From assembly GCF_018977255.1 (NCBI RefSeq), contig NW_024704743.1, positions 39,806,001 to 39,870,000 of the forward strand: a stretch of DNA of 64,000 nucleotides, written 5' to 3'. Shown piece by piece: positions 50,816 to 63,142 of this stretch. Source of the stretch: Callorhinchus milii (taxonomy: Eukaryota). The notes under the pieces are model-generated. The model was not told the origin of the DNA. It made no database searches and worked only from the letters and a program-made list of their open reading frames with translations. Numbering within the stretch: the stretch's first letter is position 1; each line of letters opens with the position of its first letter. The position numbers were made by a program, and so were the translations under genes.

Positions 50816-50869
50816 CACCAGCCATGCCCTGGATTACATCTGTACAATCTGTTTAAGGTAAGAAACTTA

Positions 50870-51720
50870 CCATGGAAATTACAACATAGTAGGAGGCCAT
50901 TCATTGCATGATTTGGAAGCCAGTTGTTTCAACTAATAGTCAAATGCCTTAAAGATCCAACTTAGTCGTTGGTTAGCTTTCATGACAACAGCTTTACATT
51001 GTTTGGTAACCCTCAGCCAATGATCACATGATGGGGTCAGAATCATTTTCCTTTCTTCTCTCTATTAATGGGTACTACTTCATCATGTACACAGATTTAC
51101 TTTTTCTCACTCCAAGATTTTGTCTCTGAATTGATCTACATTAACATTCATCTGCTGCTCTCGGGTCAATTTGCTTTTTGAACTTTTTCCTGGCATCATT
51201 CACCTGCCTTCTTGTAGTTTGGTATCATCAACATATTATAATATTACAGGTCATTCTCTCCTCTAAGTGATGCATAGGAATATCAGATGACCCATAACAA
51301 ACTCTCTGCAATTCCAACATTTTTTGTGTAAAAAGTAACGTGTGTTTCTAGTGGTATCAGTCAAACTGACATGAATATGTTAATGACTGACAGTACCAGC
51401 CAGAAGATAAAAGAGCATATGATGGAAAATTCCTGAAAATATGCTTTTAAAACTGTTTGTGAAATGGGAATGGATTGGTAGCTTGGAGGAGAAAAAATAT
51501 AAGGCAGTGGGCAAAGAATGAAAATAATGTTTTTGGATTTGCACCATAATGAGAAAAGGGCATTCAACCCTTATAGCTAAGTCTGTCATTAAGGTTGACA
51601 TACCTGCTTGAACCTTTCGTATCCTTTCTCTGGTTTGGCAGAATGCCTGCATCCATGTATTTAGTGTTGAATCAGAATCATTCAGCACTGAGCCTTTCAA
51701 CACTTAATTTCCCTGATAAC
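50870..51720 (-). mobile_element. Very old CR1 (RT to 3' end, heavily deleted)
   Basis: Reverse YVDDTK at ~51219-51236; 3' end aggaggccattc near 50890. Confidence 0.5.
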
Positions 51721-52587
51721 TATGCACAGATTTTTGTGTATATATGTATGTGCATGTGTGTGTAACAATTACAATTGGTCATGTATGAAATGCTAACGGT
51801 GGTCATTTTAAATTAGAGTTTAAGCTCCGTATACCAACTTTTTTTATAATTATAAATTAAAATGGGAGGGAAAACAACTCTATAAAGGTTAGTGAAAAAA
51901 GGATCTCAATATTGCTTTGCATTTTGAGTAAGCCTGTTTCAGATAACTGAATATATATATAAAAAACTGCTGTGGTCTTAAGGAATATGTATTTATGCTT
52001 ATGAAATACCAGAAAGCTGTGCTATCTTTTTGACTTTTGGTAGTTTGACATTCAGTCTTCCAACCTTCTTTATTGTGTTCTCATCCATTGGTAAGACCTT
52101 TAGTTAGTCTACAGTATTTTAAGACCCATTTCATGCTGCATTGACTGTTACAAACTGCAGTCCAGTTGCATTATTATGCTACATATTGAGCTTTAAAAGT
52201 AACACGGCTGGGAGCTGAAAATGAAATACAATCACATTTTATTAAGTGGTTTACTCTTAAAACAACAATTCCTCTGACACTGAAGCTAATTTCACCACCA
52301 TTCTTTCAGAATCCAGACATAGCATAAATACTAAAGATTGGATAGTGGAAATTTAAGAAATCAAGTGCAAAATGGACTTTGCAGGGTCATATTCAGCAAA
52401 AGAAAAGCAAACAAAGCACACTCACTCACATACATTTTTTTATGATACGTATCATTATGATTGTTGTCACATCCTCAAAGGGATACATTTGCAAATAAAC
52501 TATTATAATTATTCATAATTGCATGTAATTAATTGATAGAAATCAAATGATTGTAATATAAATCTAATTAGAAAAGATGAATGCAGG

Positions 52588-52955
52588 AACAACAACAGTA
52601 AAATTACATTTGTATAGCGTCTTTCATGTCGGGAGGACATCCCAAGGCGCTGGACAGTGTACAGCATTTCAGACCCGAGCTGGGGTCAGGGGGAGAGAAG
52701 GGAGGGGAAGGGGAGTGGCCAATGGCATGGTCGAAGAGGAGGGTTTTGAGGTGGGACTTGAAGGAGGCTAAGGAGGGGGCGAAGTGGAGTGATTGGGGGA
52801 TGGAATTCAAGAGTTTGGGGTCAGAGTGCTGAGTTTGGTGTGGGAGAGGACACAGAGTTCTGGATTATCTGCAGCCTGTGGAGGGCAGAGTTGGGAAGGC
52901 CGACAAGCAGGGCGTTTGCATAGTCGAGCCTGGAGGTGATGAAGGCATGAACAAG
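52588..52955 (-). mobile_element. L2 (subfamily A) 3' fragment
   Basis: Reverse FKSHLKTLLFDHA and [14 protein letters not shown]; stem-loop tail. Confidence 0.88.
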
Positions 52956-53444
52956 ATGAATAACACTATTCAAAAAAAAACACTATGAATAACACAAATT
53001 TATATTTGTAGCAGGTAATCATCATCATTTTTATTTTCTAAATTTGTCCTTCTCAATATCTGGTGCATTGTCCCGGAAAAACTTTGCAGTTATTTTCATC
53101 AAAAGAGTGGAAGTCAGGGTCTGAACCATGGGTTCGTAAGCAAAAAATCAGTTCACAATACTTTGGGATGGAAAGCACATACCAGGTTTGTTGACCCTAG
53201 AATTAATGAATGAGATATGTTGCTCTGCAATAGAAATATACTGGTTCTGTTAGCAATAAGCTAAATTGTGTGATGTTTGAAACCTGGCATTATTGCTTTA
53301 TGCTAATGAGCTTGAGGTAGCTGTGTATCTCTATGGGAAGTAGACCTTTCCTTTATGACCTGGATTGGCATCATTTTTAATTCCCCCTGGAGGTGAGTTG
53401 AGTCATATTCTATTAATCCCGAGTTAGGCTTCTAGAAGGTAAAG

Positions 53445-53748
53445 TGATCTAAGATGGACAAGTAATTGGAAGCTTGCCACATAGTTCTCCAAATGGCAAG
53501 CTAAGCGGAATTAGCTGATTAACTTCCAACAATATCCCAATGCACACGCTGTGACTGCCAAACATTGGGAGTTACTAGTCTGCATCTAATTTTTTCTGGA
53601 ATTCAATAAACGGGATTTATCTCTCCAGAGAGAGATTGTGCATTCTATTCCAGATGCAGCCAAATTTACATGTGTAGGTGCCGTACATATGTGGAACCCT
53701 TAGTCTGCTTTGGATACTCAAGTTAGTCACGTTGACCAAAAACAAAAA
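53445..53748 (-). repeat. Family X fragment
   Basis: gaagcttgcc..aattagctgatta..aatgcacac; tgcattctattcc..aaatttacatgtgtagg..ttggatactc..tgaccaaaaa. Confidence 0.55.
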
Positions 53749-53767
53749 TAGGTCAGGGGCATTACAA

Positions 53768-54030
53768 ATAATAATAATAATCCTATAATCCTTGCATTTG
53801 ATATAGCGCTTTTCATGTCGGGAGGACATCCCAAAGCGCTTCACAGAACACACTGTAAAGTGAATTGACTGTATATTTGTGGGCGAACGCGGCAGCCAAT
53901 TGCGCACAGCAATGTCCCACAAACAGTCGTAGATTGAAAATGACCAATTTATTATTGTTTTTGGTTTTGGAGGGATTATTATTAGGCTCTGTGTGGAGTA
54001 AGGAAACTTGCTTAAGGTTTCGCCCTGCCA
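53768..54030 (-). mobile_element. Young short-subfamily SINE, 5' truncated
   Basis: Reverse complement of the 3741 copy from gcagggcgaaacc to the tail. Confidence 0.92.
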
Positions 54031-54504
54031 TTAACCTGGATTCTGGCAACAAATTTACAGTGATTGACATTTAATCAAAAAATAATCCTTGGATGATATA
54101 TATTTTGGCTTTCACTCCGGGAGGACGTTTCCATTTGTTTCACAGGACACCCTTCACCACGAAACCCCCTCCCACCCCACCCTCCACAAACACATTGTAA
54201 AGTGTAGTGACTGTAGGTGAAATGTTGTGTTAGCCTGTATGTTGTGTAGCCCAGTCATCTCGTGAACCAGCCTCAGGCGAGTGCCAGTTGAGATTAATCC
54301 ACTTTGTCTTCTGATAAGAAATCAGCAGATGTGTTATAGTTAGCTTGCCTCTTTCTCCAGTGCTGCAAGTCAAGCATTACAATGGTTGCAAATTCTATGT
54401 CATATCAAGAAGTATGCATGGAATCACACTCCATTTCTAAGACTAAGAACATAAATGTAGGTTTACTGCTTCTGTGGATCCTTTAATGATTATAGCAGCT
54501 GCAG

Positions 54505-55177
54505 CAAGCAACTAAGAAGGCGAACGGCATGTTAGTGTTCATTGTAAAAGATTTAGAGTACAAGTGTAGGAAAGTCTTGCTGCAACTGTATAGGGCCCTG
54601 GTGAGACCGCACCTAGAGTATTGGGTGCAGTTTTGGTCTCCTTATTTAAGAAAGGACATACTTGCCCTAAAGGGGGTGCAGTGTAGATTCACTAGGTTAG
54701 TTCCTGGGATGAGGGAACTGACCTCTGAGGATAGGCTGAATAAACTAGGGCTATATTCTCTAGAGTACAGAAGAATTAGGGGAGATCTTATTGAAACATA
54801 TAGGATTCTTAAAGGGCTGGATACAGTAGACACTGAGGGTCTGTTTCCCCTGGTAGGAGAATTATAACCAGGGGTCACAGTCTTAAAATTAAGGGTCAGC
54901 CTTTTAGAACAGAGTTGAGGAAACATTTCTTCACTCAGAGGGTAGTGAATTTATGGAATTCACTACCCCAGAAGGCTGTAGATGCTCAGTCCTTGAACAT
55001 CTTCAAGGCTGAGACTGATAGATTTTTAAAAAATAGAGGGATTAGGGGATATGGGCATAGGGCAGGTAATTAGAGTTAGGTCTGAAGATCAGCCATGATC
55101 TTATCAAATGACGGGGCAGTCTCGAGGGGCCGAATGTCCTACTCCTGCTCCTAATTCTTATGTTCTTATGTTCTTAT
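54505..55177 (+). mobile_element. CR1-clade LINE 3' fragment (same subfamily as 39988)
   Basis: LLQLYRALVRPHLEYWVQFWSPYLRKDI..RIRGDLIETY; (ttcttatg)n tail. Confidence 0.94.
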
Positions 55178-55884
55178 AAAGAGTGTGCACATTTCGGTTA
55201 CAGACTTCAAAGATTTAATTTGATTTGATAATACAATAGGATTTAAGTAAGACAACTCAACTAGGTTTCAAATTCAACTACATCATTTATTTCTAACAGG
55301 CAATTTTGTTGCCAATCCACAGTTACTCAGTCTTACAAGAGAATGGCTGACATCTTCGAAGCCCAACAGCATGTATGGGTTAGTCAGCTTCAGTGATCTG
55401 ACTGGTTGCGTGATGTGTGCTATCTATGATATGTCTGAAATTCAGTCTTTCTCAGTTGTGGAATAAGGTTATCATATTGGGAATAAATTCATACTTCAGA
55501 TTGACTGTTCAAAACATGACTACTATCTGCTCTTAACTTCACACTACCCTAGGTTGATTGATGCTGTGGTTGAGATTGATCCAAAGGGTGAAGAACAATG
55601 TGGATCAATGTATCCAGTCAGATAAATATGAAATAATGCACATAAAATGCTTTGTAACATGAAAACATTATGCAATGTTTTTCCTTCTGCTATGTGCAGA
55701 CCTGAAATGTCAACTAGTCTTAGTCTGTAAAGTAATTTTCTTTCAGAAAAAATTCCTTCAATGTAGTCTTAATTTGGAAACTTTCCACAATTTTGAGCCA
55801 ATTTCGTGAATTTTATTGGTTTTAAATTTTTACGTTGTAAACTGTAGATGGCTGTTTGATGGACTGAGAGTAAGGGTGAAAAAC

Positions 55885-56078
55885 AAGGTGAGTCAATTTA
55901 TCCACTTGATGGCTGTTTGTGGAACAATGCTGTGTGCAAATTGGTTGCCACATTTGCCTACATAATACTGTTACTACGCACGATATTATATCCTGTGAAG
56001 TACTTTGTGACATCCTCCCCACACGAAAATTGCTATATCAAAAGTATGGCTTATTATGTACGTAATTATTTTATTATA
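55885..56078 (+). mobile_element. Old Deu SINE 3' half
   Basis: ggctgtttgtggaacaatgctgtgtgcaaattggttgcc, followed by the tail. Confidence 0.7.
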
Positions 56079-56783
56079 GGTTTATCGATGGAAAATTAAA
56101 TGTTACTATTAGATATCAGTAGTAAAATATAAGGTTTCTCTCTCTATAACACAATAAAGCCTAACCATGTACAGTGAAAGAAGGTAACTGGACAAAAGAA
56201 GCATCTAAGGAATCTTAAGAAAATCAAAGTAATATTGCAAACTCTCCAAAATTTTATTTGGATTATTTATTTTGAAGAAACGTGGACGTGTTTCAATTTG
56301 TTTGGTGGTCCCAAGACATGTCATTTGAACTGAGGTATTGGTAAGGATGACAAATGATAAAATTGATCAAAAGAATTGATGCAGTATGTAGGGAAATTTC
56401 CAATGCTCTGTTCGTCCTATTTGAAACATATTTCACCTTATGGCAATGTGGAACAGGACACTTGATTTATACCTCCCGCTCCTCATTACCTAGGATTGGG
56501 GCCACAATATTTTTTGGACTTTGACATGTGCACAGATTTCCAGATCAGGAGTTAATTTATCAATGTTATGAACCTGTGAGCCATGCAACTGCCTCTGTAT
56601 TGACATTAAAACACAGTTTGTTAAACTTCACTAGGCAGCTCAGTGGACTGGATGACAGATTTCAACAGACCATAAGGGAGCAAGCCCTGTTTGATTTGTA
56701 ACAGCTATGTTCATACTGCATACACTTGAATCCCACTGTTCTAGAAACCAACTCCTCGAGGGATCAGTTTCATGGCTCCAGTA

Positions 56784-57134
56784 AAGGTGTTCACAAAGTC
56801 CTGGTTCCCCTTGTTTTTTTCTTACAATTAATTTTTATTTTCTGTTGCAGATGAATTGAGTGTAACAATGTCCTATACCATTAACTTCCTCATCACTCCA
56901 TCCATGTTAAGGAAAATGTGGCACTGAACATGGTGACGGATCATTATCTGCTATGAAAATGATGGCACACACGCACACCGATCCTCTGGACATGTAAATT
57001 CAGTTAAGCACTTGTATTGAATACAATTATGTACTTCAAAATACAATTATCATCATTCTTCCACCTGTTTCAGTTGTTGGTCAATGCACTGTGTATAAAA
57101 AATATGAGGGTAACAGGACTTTGTGAACATCCTG
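56784..57134 (+). mobile_element. Non-autonomous Tc1/mariner-superfamily element
   Basis: TIRs aaggtgttcacaaagtcctggttccc / gggtaacaggactttgtgaacatcctg; internal frame ITPSMLRKMWH*TW*RIIICYENDGTH resembles a transposase C-terminus. Confidence 0.7.
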
Positions 57135-57569
57135 CTTAATGAACATTGCATCAACCTCCATTTATACAGCATGTTTGTCACAAAGTCACTACTCTCAATA
57201 ATAAATATTGAGATGTTTTGAGAATGTGATAAAGAGCTTCATCAAATGCAAGGTCATTTTTAATTAAATGTTACCTTGAAGAAAAAAGTTGCTAAAGAAG
57301 GTTGTTTTGAAATAAATACAAAATCAAAATAGGCCTTTGAAGAGAGATACATACAAAATCATCCTAGCTGCCCATCACTTAAAGAATTCAATTTACTCAG
57401 CATCTGTAAATGAGATATAGTGTAATCTTCTCTTGGGATACAATCGATCTATAATAACTCAAATGACAAAATATCAGGAGTTTTATATGATATTAAAGTG
57501 GTATTTTCGCACAAATACATCCCAAGTTTTAGTTTAATAAACTAGCTTCTATTTACAAAATCTATTTCT

Positions 57570-57875
57570 ACTATGATTCAGGAGGACATCAAAGCACTGC
57601 ACTATAACATGTATTGATTCTATATTTTTGTAAGTGAATGTGAAAGTCAATTTGTGCACAGCAGCGTTCCACAAACAGCCATGAAATGAATCACCATTTT
57701 TTCTCGGGGAGTGTTGGCAGAGTCACTGGGAGAAAATTCCTTGTTAGGGTCCACCTGATCAGTCAAGCAGGACTTCAATTGATCATCTCTTCCAAAGGTG
57801 ACACCAACAAGTCCTGCTTTTGGTTTGGAACCACAGCCTTCTGACTCGGAGATGAGAAAACTGCCAGGTGACCCA
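57570..57875 (-). mobile_element. SacSINE1-like SINE, old
   Basis: caatttgtgcacagcagcgttccacaaacagcc..ccacctga..ccttctgactcggag. Confidence 0.65.
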
Positions 57876-57974
57876 GTGGGACATATATGGGATAAACTAT
57901 TTTGCTGCGNTTTTTCAGTATTTAAAATAAATAGTTTATAAAAATTATTGAATTAACTATCTAATATATTACAA

Positions 57975-58060
57975 CCAAAATAACAAAATTACATTTGTAT
58001 AGTGCCTTTCAAGTTGGGAGGACGTCCCAAGGTGCTAGACAGACAGAGTGTCGGACTCAG
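57975..58060 (-). mobile_element. L2 (subfamily A) tail
   Basis: tacatttgtatagtgcctttcaagttgggaggacgtcccaaggtgct. Confidence 0.75.
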
Positions 58061-58144
58061 GTTAAGTGACAATAATATTTCTCATCGGCTGAAGCTATAT
58101 AAAAAAGGTATAAAGGAAGAATTAAGATTTTGAATGTCATCAAG

Positions 58145-58215
58145 TTGGACCCCAAAGTGTGCATGGGGGTACTGCTGGAGTCTAACCAACTAAAATCCTA
58201 GAGTTGGGACCATTG
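58145..58215 (+). repeat. Family X fragment
   Basis: cccaaagtgtgcatgggggtactgctggagtctaacca, nearly identical to 59441-59480. Confidence 0.75.
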
Positions 58216-58249
58216 TGAAATGAGTGCTGCGTTTTGAAGGGTGATGATA

Positions 58250-58500
58250 GGCAACAACAAGAATAGCTTGCATTTATCAAGTGTCCTTCATGCAGGGTAG
58301 TATCTAGGCATACTGAACAATGGCATAGTTTGAAGCCAAGCAGGGGAGAAAGGGAAGAGCACCGTGGGCACGGTTGAAGCGCAAAAAGTCTTCAAGTGAA
58401 ATCTGAAGATGGCAAAGAGAGAGCAGGGTGGAGGGATTGAGCCGGGAGTTCCAGTGGTTCGGAATGTAGTGGCTGAAGGCAGGGCCACCAAAGGTGGTAG
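58250..58500 (-). mobile_element. L2 (subfamily B) 3' fragment
   Basis: cccttcatgcagggtagtatc tail; gtggctgaaggcagggccacc. Confidence 0.65.
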
Positions 58501-59059
58501 CAAATGCATCCTTCTAGATTTTTATGAGCACAAGCATAGCTCTTATTTGCCATTATACGTGGTTTTACACATTTCCTTGTGGAAACGTTTTCTGAGTGAA
58601 CTTTTTGTCCTGTAGAAACCAACTTGTTTTTGCCCACTGGCAGTAAAAGAAGCAGACAGCATTTCCAGTGATGCAGTTAATTCAATTATACAGGTACTCA
58701 TAAAACTGTATCACTTTTATGTGTTCAAAAGAAAATATGTTTTACAATATGCATTTGGAATTTTCTTATAGATTCATCAGCATTTTTTTCCCCAGCAGTG
58801 GTAGAGATGAGACAACCTTTTATACAGTTAGCATCAATTGTGATGGAAGAAAAACAATGGAGAGCAAATTGTGTTCCTTGGTTAACTCTTTTGACTCTGA
58901 CATTACATATTAATACTGATGAATGATCCTGTCAGCTTGCACTGGGGTGAAACATGTGATGTGTGATGTGACAGTTGGCGCCAGTTGCGATTATCAAATT
59001 GTCAAACATTGAGGTTGGTATAATCAGTAATTAAAGACTGATTGTATGTTTAGCTTTCT

Positions 59060-59312
59060 CCCTCAACTTCAGCACAATGGTTGGGCCTGGACCACCCCCA
59101 TAGACCATTGAAATTGCTGGTCCATCAGGGCGACATATGAAAGTTGCGTTATGGGATATCCGCTCAGATTGGAGTAATCTGGACGATAGCAATAGGGGAT
59201 TAGGATGGTAGGAGGTCACATGGAGTATCAACACTGGCATGGACTAGATTCCAGTGTTAATTGCCTGTTTCAGTGCTGTACAGTTTGTGTATTCAATGTA
59301 TGTAATTCTATG
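59060..59312 (+). mobile_element. Old CR1 3' end
   Basis: ggaggtcacatggagtatcaacactggcatggactag..cctgtttcagtgctgta..attctatg. Confidence 0.55.
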
Positions 59313-59650
59313 CCACATACAGATGGAATTTTCGCTGTGTTTTGAATGGAATGCATAATCTATCCCTGGAGGAATACATCCTGCTTACCTAATTCTTGAC
59401 AGTATTGGATGCAGATTAATGAGAACTAAGGCTTAAGGATCCCAAAGTGCGCATGGGGGTACTGCTAGAGTCTAACCAGCTAAATTCCTATAGCTTACCA
59501 TTGAGGGCACTGCCTGGCAAGCTTCCCACTGGTTGTCCAGTTTGCAGCACCCTACCATTAGATCTTCGGCTTGCAGGCAAACAGTAGCCAGATGGCAAGA
59601 ATCCTGCCCCTCATGATTGATCTGCCCCTCCAAGTCCTTCTGATGAGTCA
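59307..59650 (+). repeat. Family X fragment
   Basis: catcctgcttacctaattc..ggtactgctagagtctaaccagctaaa..ggcaagcttccc, colinear with 50490-50815. Confidence 0.72.
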
Positions 59651-60920
59651 GTATTGTCAGTGATGAGTCAGTATCTATTGATACCATTACAAAGGATTGA
59701 TTTTTTTCCCGATATTCCATTTCCAAGCGTGTCAGCTTGGAGCTATCTCAGGTCCAAAGACACCCTAATGATCTTCCCCTCCGAGAAGGGTAATCATTAG
59801 ATGGTCACTTGGAGTGGATTTGTTAAAAAACATTTTATTTTCAAGAGGAACTGTTATGCCATGTCCATACAGAATACCGCTGTTTCATTTCCAAAGCTCT
59901 AATTTTGTATGAAATTATACATTTCTGCAATTTGACCCCTGAGTATTGAAATAATTATGAGGATTGCTTCTGACTATTACTTATCACCCTGAATGTTAGT
60001 TTAGTAGTGTTGCCACAAATAGCCACCATCAGATCGACAGATGGTCCATGCATCTCTATGTCCTATACCCAGTATTTTGCCATACCCAGTATTTTGGGAA
60101 CAGTTGCAATAGTTTCAAATCTGCACTGTTTAATCAGCCATTTCTCTTCACATTTGTGAAAATGAAGGAACCTTACAGCCTTTCTGAAGCACTGCATCTG
60201 TTACCTTCTGAGTAGGCAGATGGGCGTGATCCCTTAAGCAACACCATTGTAATCTCCTTCTGGTGCCTGTAAGGACTTTGTAGCAAAAAAAATAAATGAC
60301 TGATGTGTTCATTTTTTATTAATCGAGACGTTGGAGTTACTGAGAAACCCTCAAAATCTGAAACTGGTATTTGACGTGTCTCTAGTTGGCCTAAAATAAC
60401 ACTACACATGTCTTTACAGTCAATGGCTGATAATTCCATGTGAACACCTCTTCACAAGAGCACAAGATTGGTTCTGGATGAAGAAGGTCCCTTGAACTAT
60501 CAGATCTCAGCCCTGCAGAACACTCACTCTATCCTCACCCATCACTGAATCACTCTTAAATAAGTCCAATGTCCTATCCTATATCAGCTTCTTCATTACC
60601 TTCCCACCTATCATGGACAGTTTGTTAACACAAGCAGAATTATTCCAAATTAACCCTATGAATGACATTTTAGACTTTACAAAACAAATTAAACACTTGT
60701 GTATAAAATCAGGGGTGAAATGAGTTTAAATACGGGCACATAAAGTTTGCGTATCAGTTTCAGCTGCTCTTTTTCATAAAAAATCCATAAAATCAACTTT
60801 TCTTCTTGCTACTGTAATACTTCAACGCTAACGCAAATATTATCCAATGGCCCATATGCATAAAGCTTCCATTCATCATGCAGAGATTGTTAAAGTGAAC
60901 AAAAGATGCAAATCAAAACA

Positions 60921-60967
60921 TCGCTTGCGAGGTGAGTGCTTTAACCACTGAGCTACAGGATTCCACA
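60921..60967 (-). mobile_element. SINE tRNA-head fragment
   Basis: gagtgctttaaccactgagctacaggattccaca. Confidence 0.8.
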
Positions 60968-61159
60968 TATTTTCATCATCTGGTCATTTTTAGTAAAAAA
61001 TGCCATTTAAAAAGATGTGCTGATCCCAATAATAGATCTTATAATTCCCCAAATAATTAAAAGTCATTAACTCAGTTCTAACAGCGTGCATTAGGTGCTA
61101 TGCTTTCTCTACACTGCACCTATACTGTCGGTCTGTGAGTGTGGACAAGGCAGTGAGCC

Positions 61160-61715
61160 ATGGTATTTCTCCAGTGCCCTCCTTGCCAGTCTCCTCAAGT
61201 CAACCATTCACAAAACTGCAGCACCCATATTCCCACCCAAACTCTGTACTTCCATCACAGCACCCCTTGCCAAGCTCCACTAACTCCCCTTCGTGGCTTG
61301 GAATGATTTAAAGATCCTCACACTCAATAACAAATCATTTCATGCCCTGGCAGCTCCCTACCTCTCTGACCTACATATATAACACTTCTCTACTCACACA
61401 CACACACATCACTCAGCTGGTTCCAACTTCCTACACATCCTTTGTTCCGTCTGCTCCACCATTGATGGTTGTGCTTCCAGAATCTATGCCCTGAACCTCT
61501 AAGATACTCTGCCTCATTCCCTCTGCCTCATCCCCTCTTTGCCCATCATCTTGAAATGGGTCTTGAAGGATGCATGGGTGGGAGACAAGGTACAGGGGTT
61601 CCGTGATAAAGTTCCAAAGGGCAGGGGCAGGAAGGACCATTCGCTGATGGTGGGCTGAGCAGGCGAGGGACATGGAGCAATGCCGCTTGAGCATCGACTG
61701 TGGCATAAGATGACC
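61160..61715. mobile_element. Two L2 fragments joined tail-to-tail (+ 61160-61550, - 61551-61715)
   Basis: + strand: gccctccttgccagtctcc..aagctccac..aagatcctc; - strand: reverse of ccttcaagacccatttcaag. Confidence 0.6.
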
Positions 61716-62494
61716 CATTGCAGATCCCTTCCTAAAAAAAGCCTTAATGGTGCCACAATGTTATGGACCTAGTGCTCTGATTGGGACTGGTAAAACTGAT
61801 CCCACTTATTGCTGAAAGATTGAAATACAAAATAACACCAGAATTCAATTTTATTGGTGGGAATTAACACAATATCTTATTTTCTGTTTCTCAAACATGC
61901 CGGGAAGTGGCAGAGCGAATCTGATAATCTTGTTTTACACACTGGGACATTTTTTTTCATTTAATCTGTTGAACAGTATAATTTACAGAGACAACACTCT
62001 GCCCTACGCTGTTCAAATCTACAGATTATGCCACGTCAGCATTTTCTAGTTCCCATGTTCTGGGAGAACTGCAGAGTCATTAATAAACTGGCTGCTGAGC
62101 TTCCACTTTACTTGATGCTCAACTCTTTGCTTTCTCAATAATTTAACTTGTGCTGAATTATTTATTCATTTGGTTTGAACGTGTCAAAGAATTTCATGGA
62201 TTTTCGTACTAATGATTTTTGTGGTTCTTGCAATACTTTGCCTCTATCTCATTCAGTAAGATTTGGCATAATGACAGTCTTCAGATTTCAAAATAACTGT
62301 CAGTGCGAAACCCTTTGAGATATTGCGGAATGTGCAGTTTCAAATGTAAATATATTTATTATGACAAACAGAAATAACCAGAAATTAATATTATTCAGTA
62401 AATTAGAAGATCCTCCCTAGTAAGAAAATGAAATGTGTGACAATGTCTTCTTCAAGGAAGAGGAAGCTTGTCACATTTATGACAAAGAAACTTA

Positions 62495-62795
62495 ATAATA
62501 ATAATAATAATCCTTGTATTTGATATAGAGCCTGAGCACATTGTCAAAATGGCGCAAAGCACTTCACAGAATATATTGTAAAGTGAATTGATTGTATATT
62601 TTGTGGGTGAAACATGGCAGCCAATTGCGCACAGTAGTATCCCACAAACAGTCATGGATTGAGTGACCAAGTTTCTTTTTAAGGGATTATTATCCCCAGA
62701 AAACCATTTGTCAATCCACAGCTGAGTTGCTACTTTCTGCTAGTTAAACAGAGGCATTGGAGTAAGGAAACTTGCCTTCCGTTTGTCCTACTGGG
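62495..62795 (-). mobile_element. Long-subfamily SINE
   Basis: Tail, Deu core, internal segment and ggagtaaggaaacttgcc. Confidence 0.85.
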
Positions 62796-62804
62796 GAATG
62801 GAAA

Positions 62805-63142
62805 CTGGGTCCAACGTTTGCTCCTTCAGCGTGTTCCACATCCCCTGCCCAGCCCACCCCACCATCGGAGGTCGGGCCTTCAGCCTCCCTTTGGAACACC
62901 ATCCCGCAGTCCGTTCACCTTGCTCCCTTCCTTGCCTTCTTCAAGGCACGTGGGTGAAACACGGCAGCCAATTGCGCACAGTAGTATCCCACAAACAGTC
63001 ATGGCCCTTCTCTTTGACCACGCATTCGGGCACCCTTCCTGCCCTCCCTGCCCTCCACACCCCCTAATCCCAACCACCTGCTCGGGTCCACACCCCTGAC
63101 TGTCCAGCGCCTTGGGACATCCTCCCAACGTGTTGTTGTTAT
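62805..63142 (+). mobile_element. L2 (subfamily A) 3' fragment carrying a 55-bp templated insert
   Basis: caccatcggaggtcgggccttcagcc..ttcaaggcac[insert]cccttctctttgacc..agcgccttgggacatcctccc, (ttg)n. Confidence 0.88.

Noticed and set aside
57910..57910. Single N base
   Set aside because: Assembly ambiguity or a join, not biology; adjacency across it should be treated with caution.
59640..59680. Hammerhead core ctgatgagtc
   Set aside because: There is no downstream GAC-GAAA; it is a short tandem duplication of tgatgagtcagtat.
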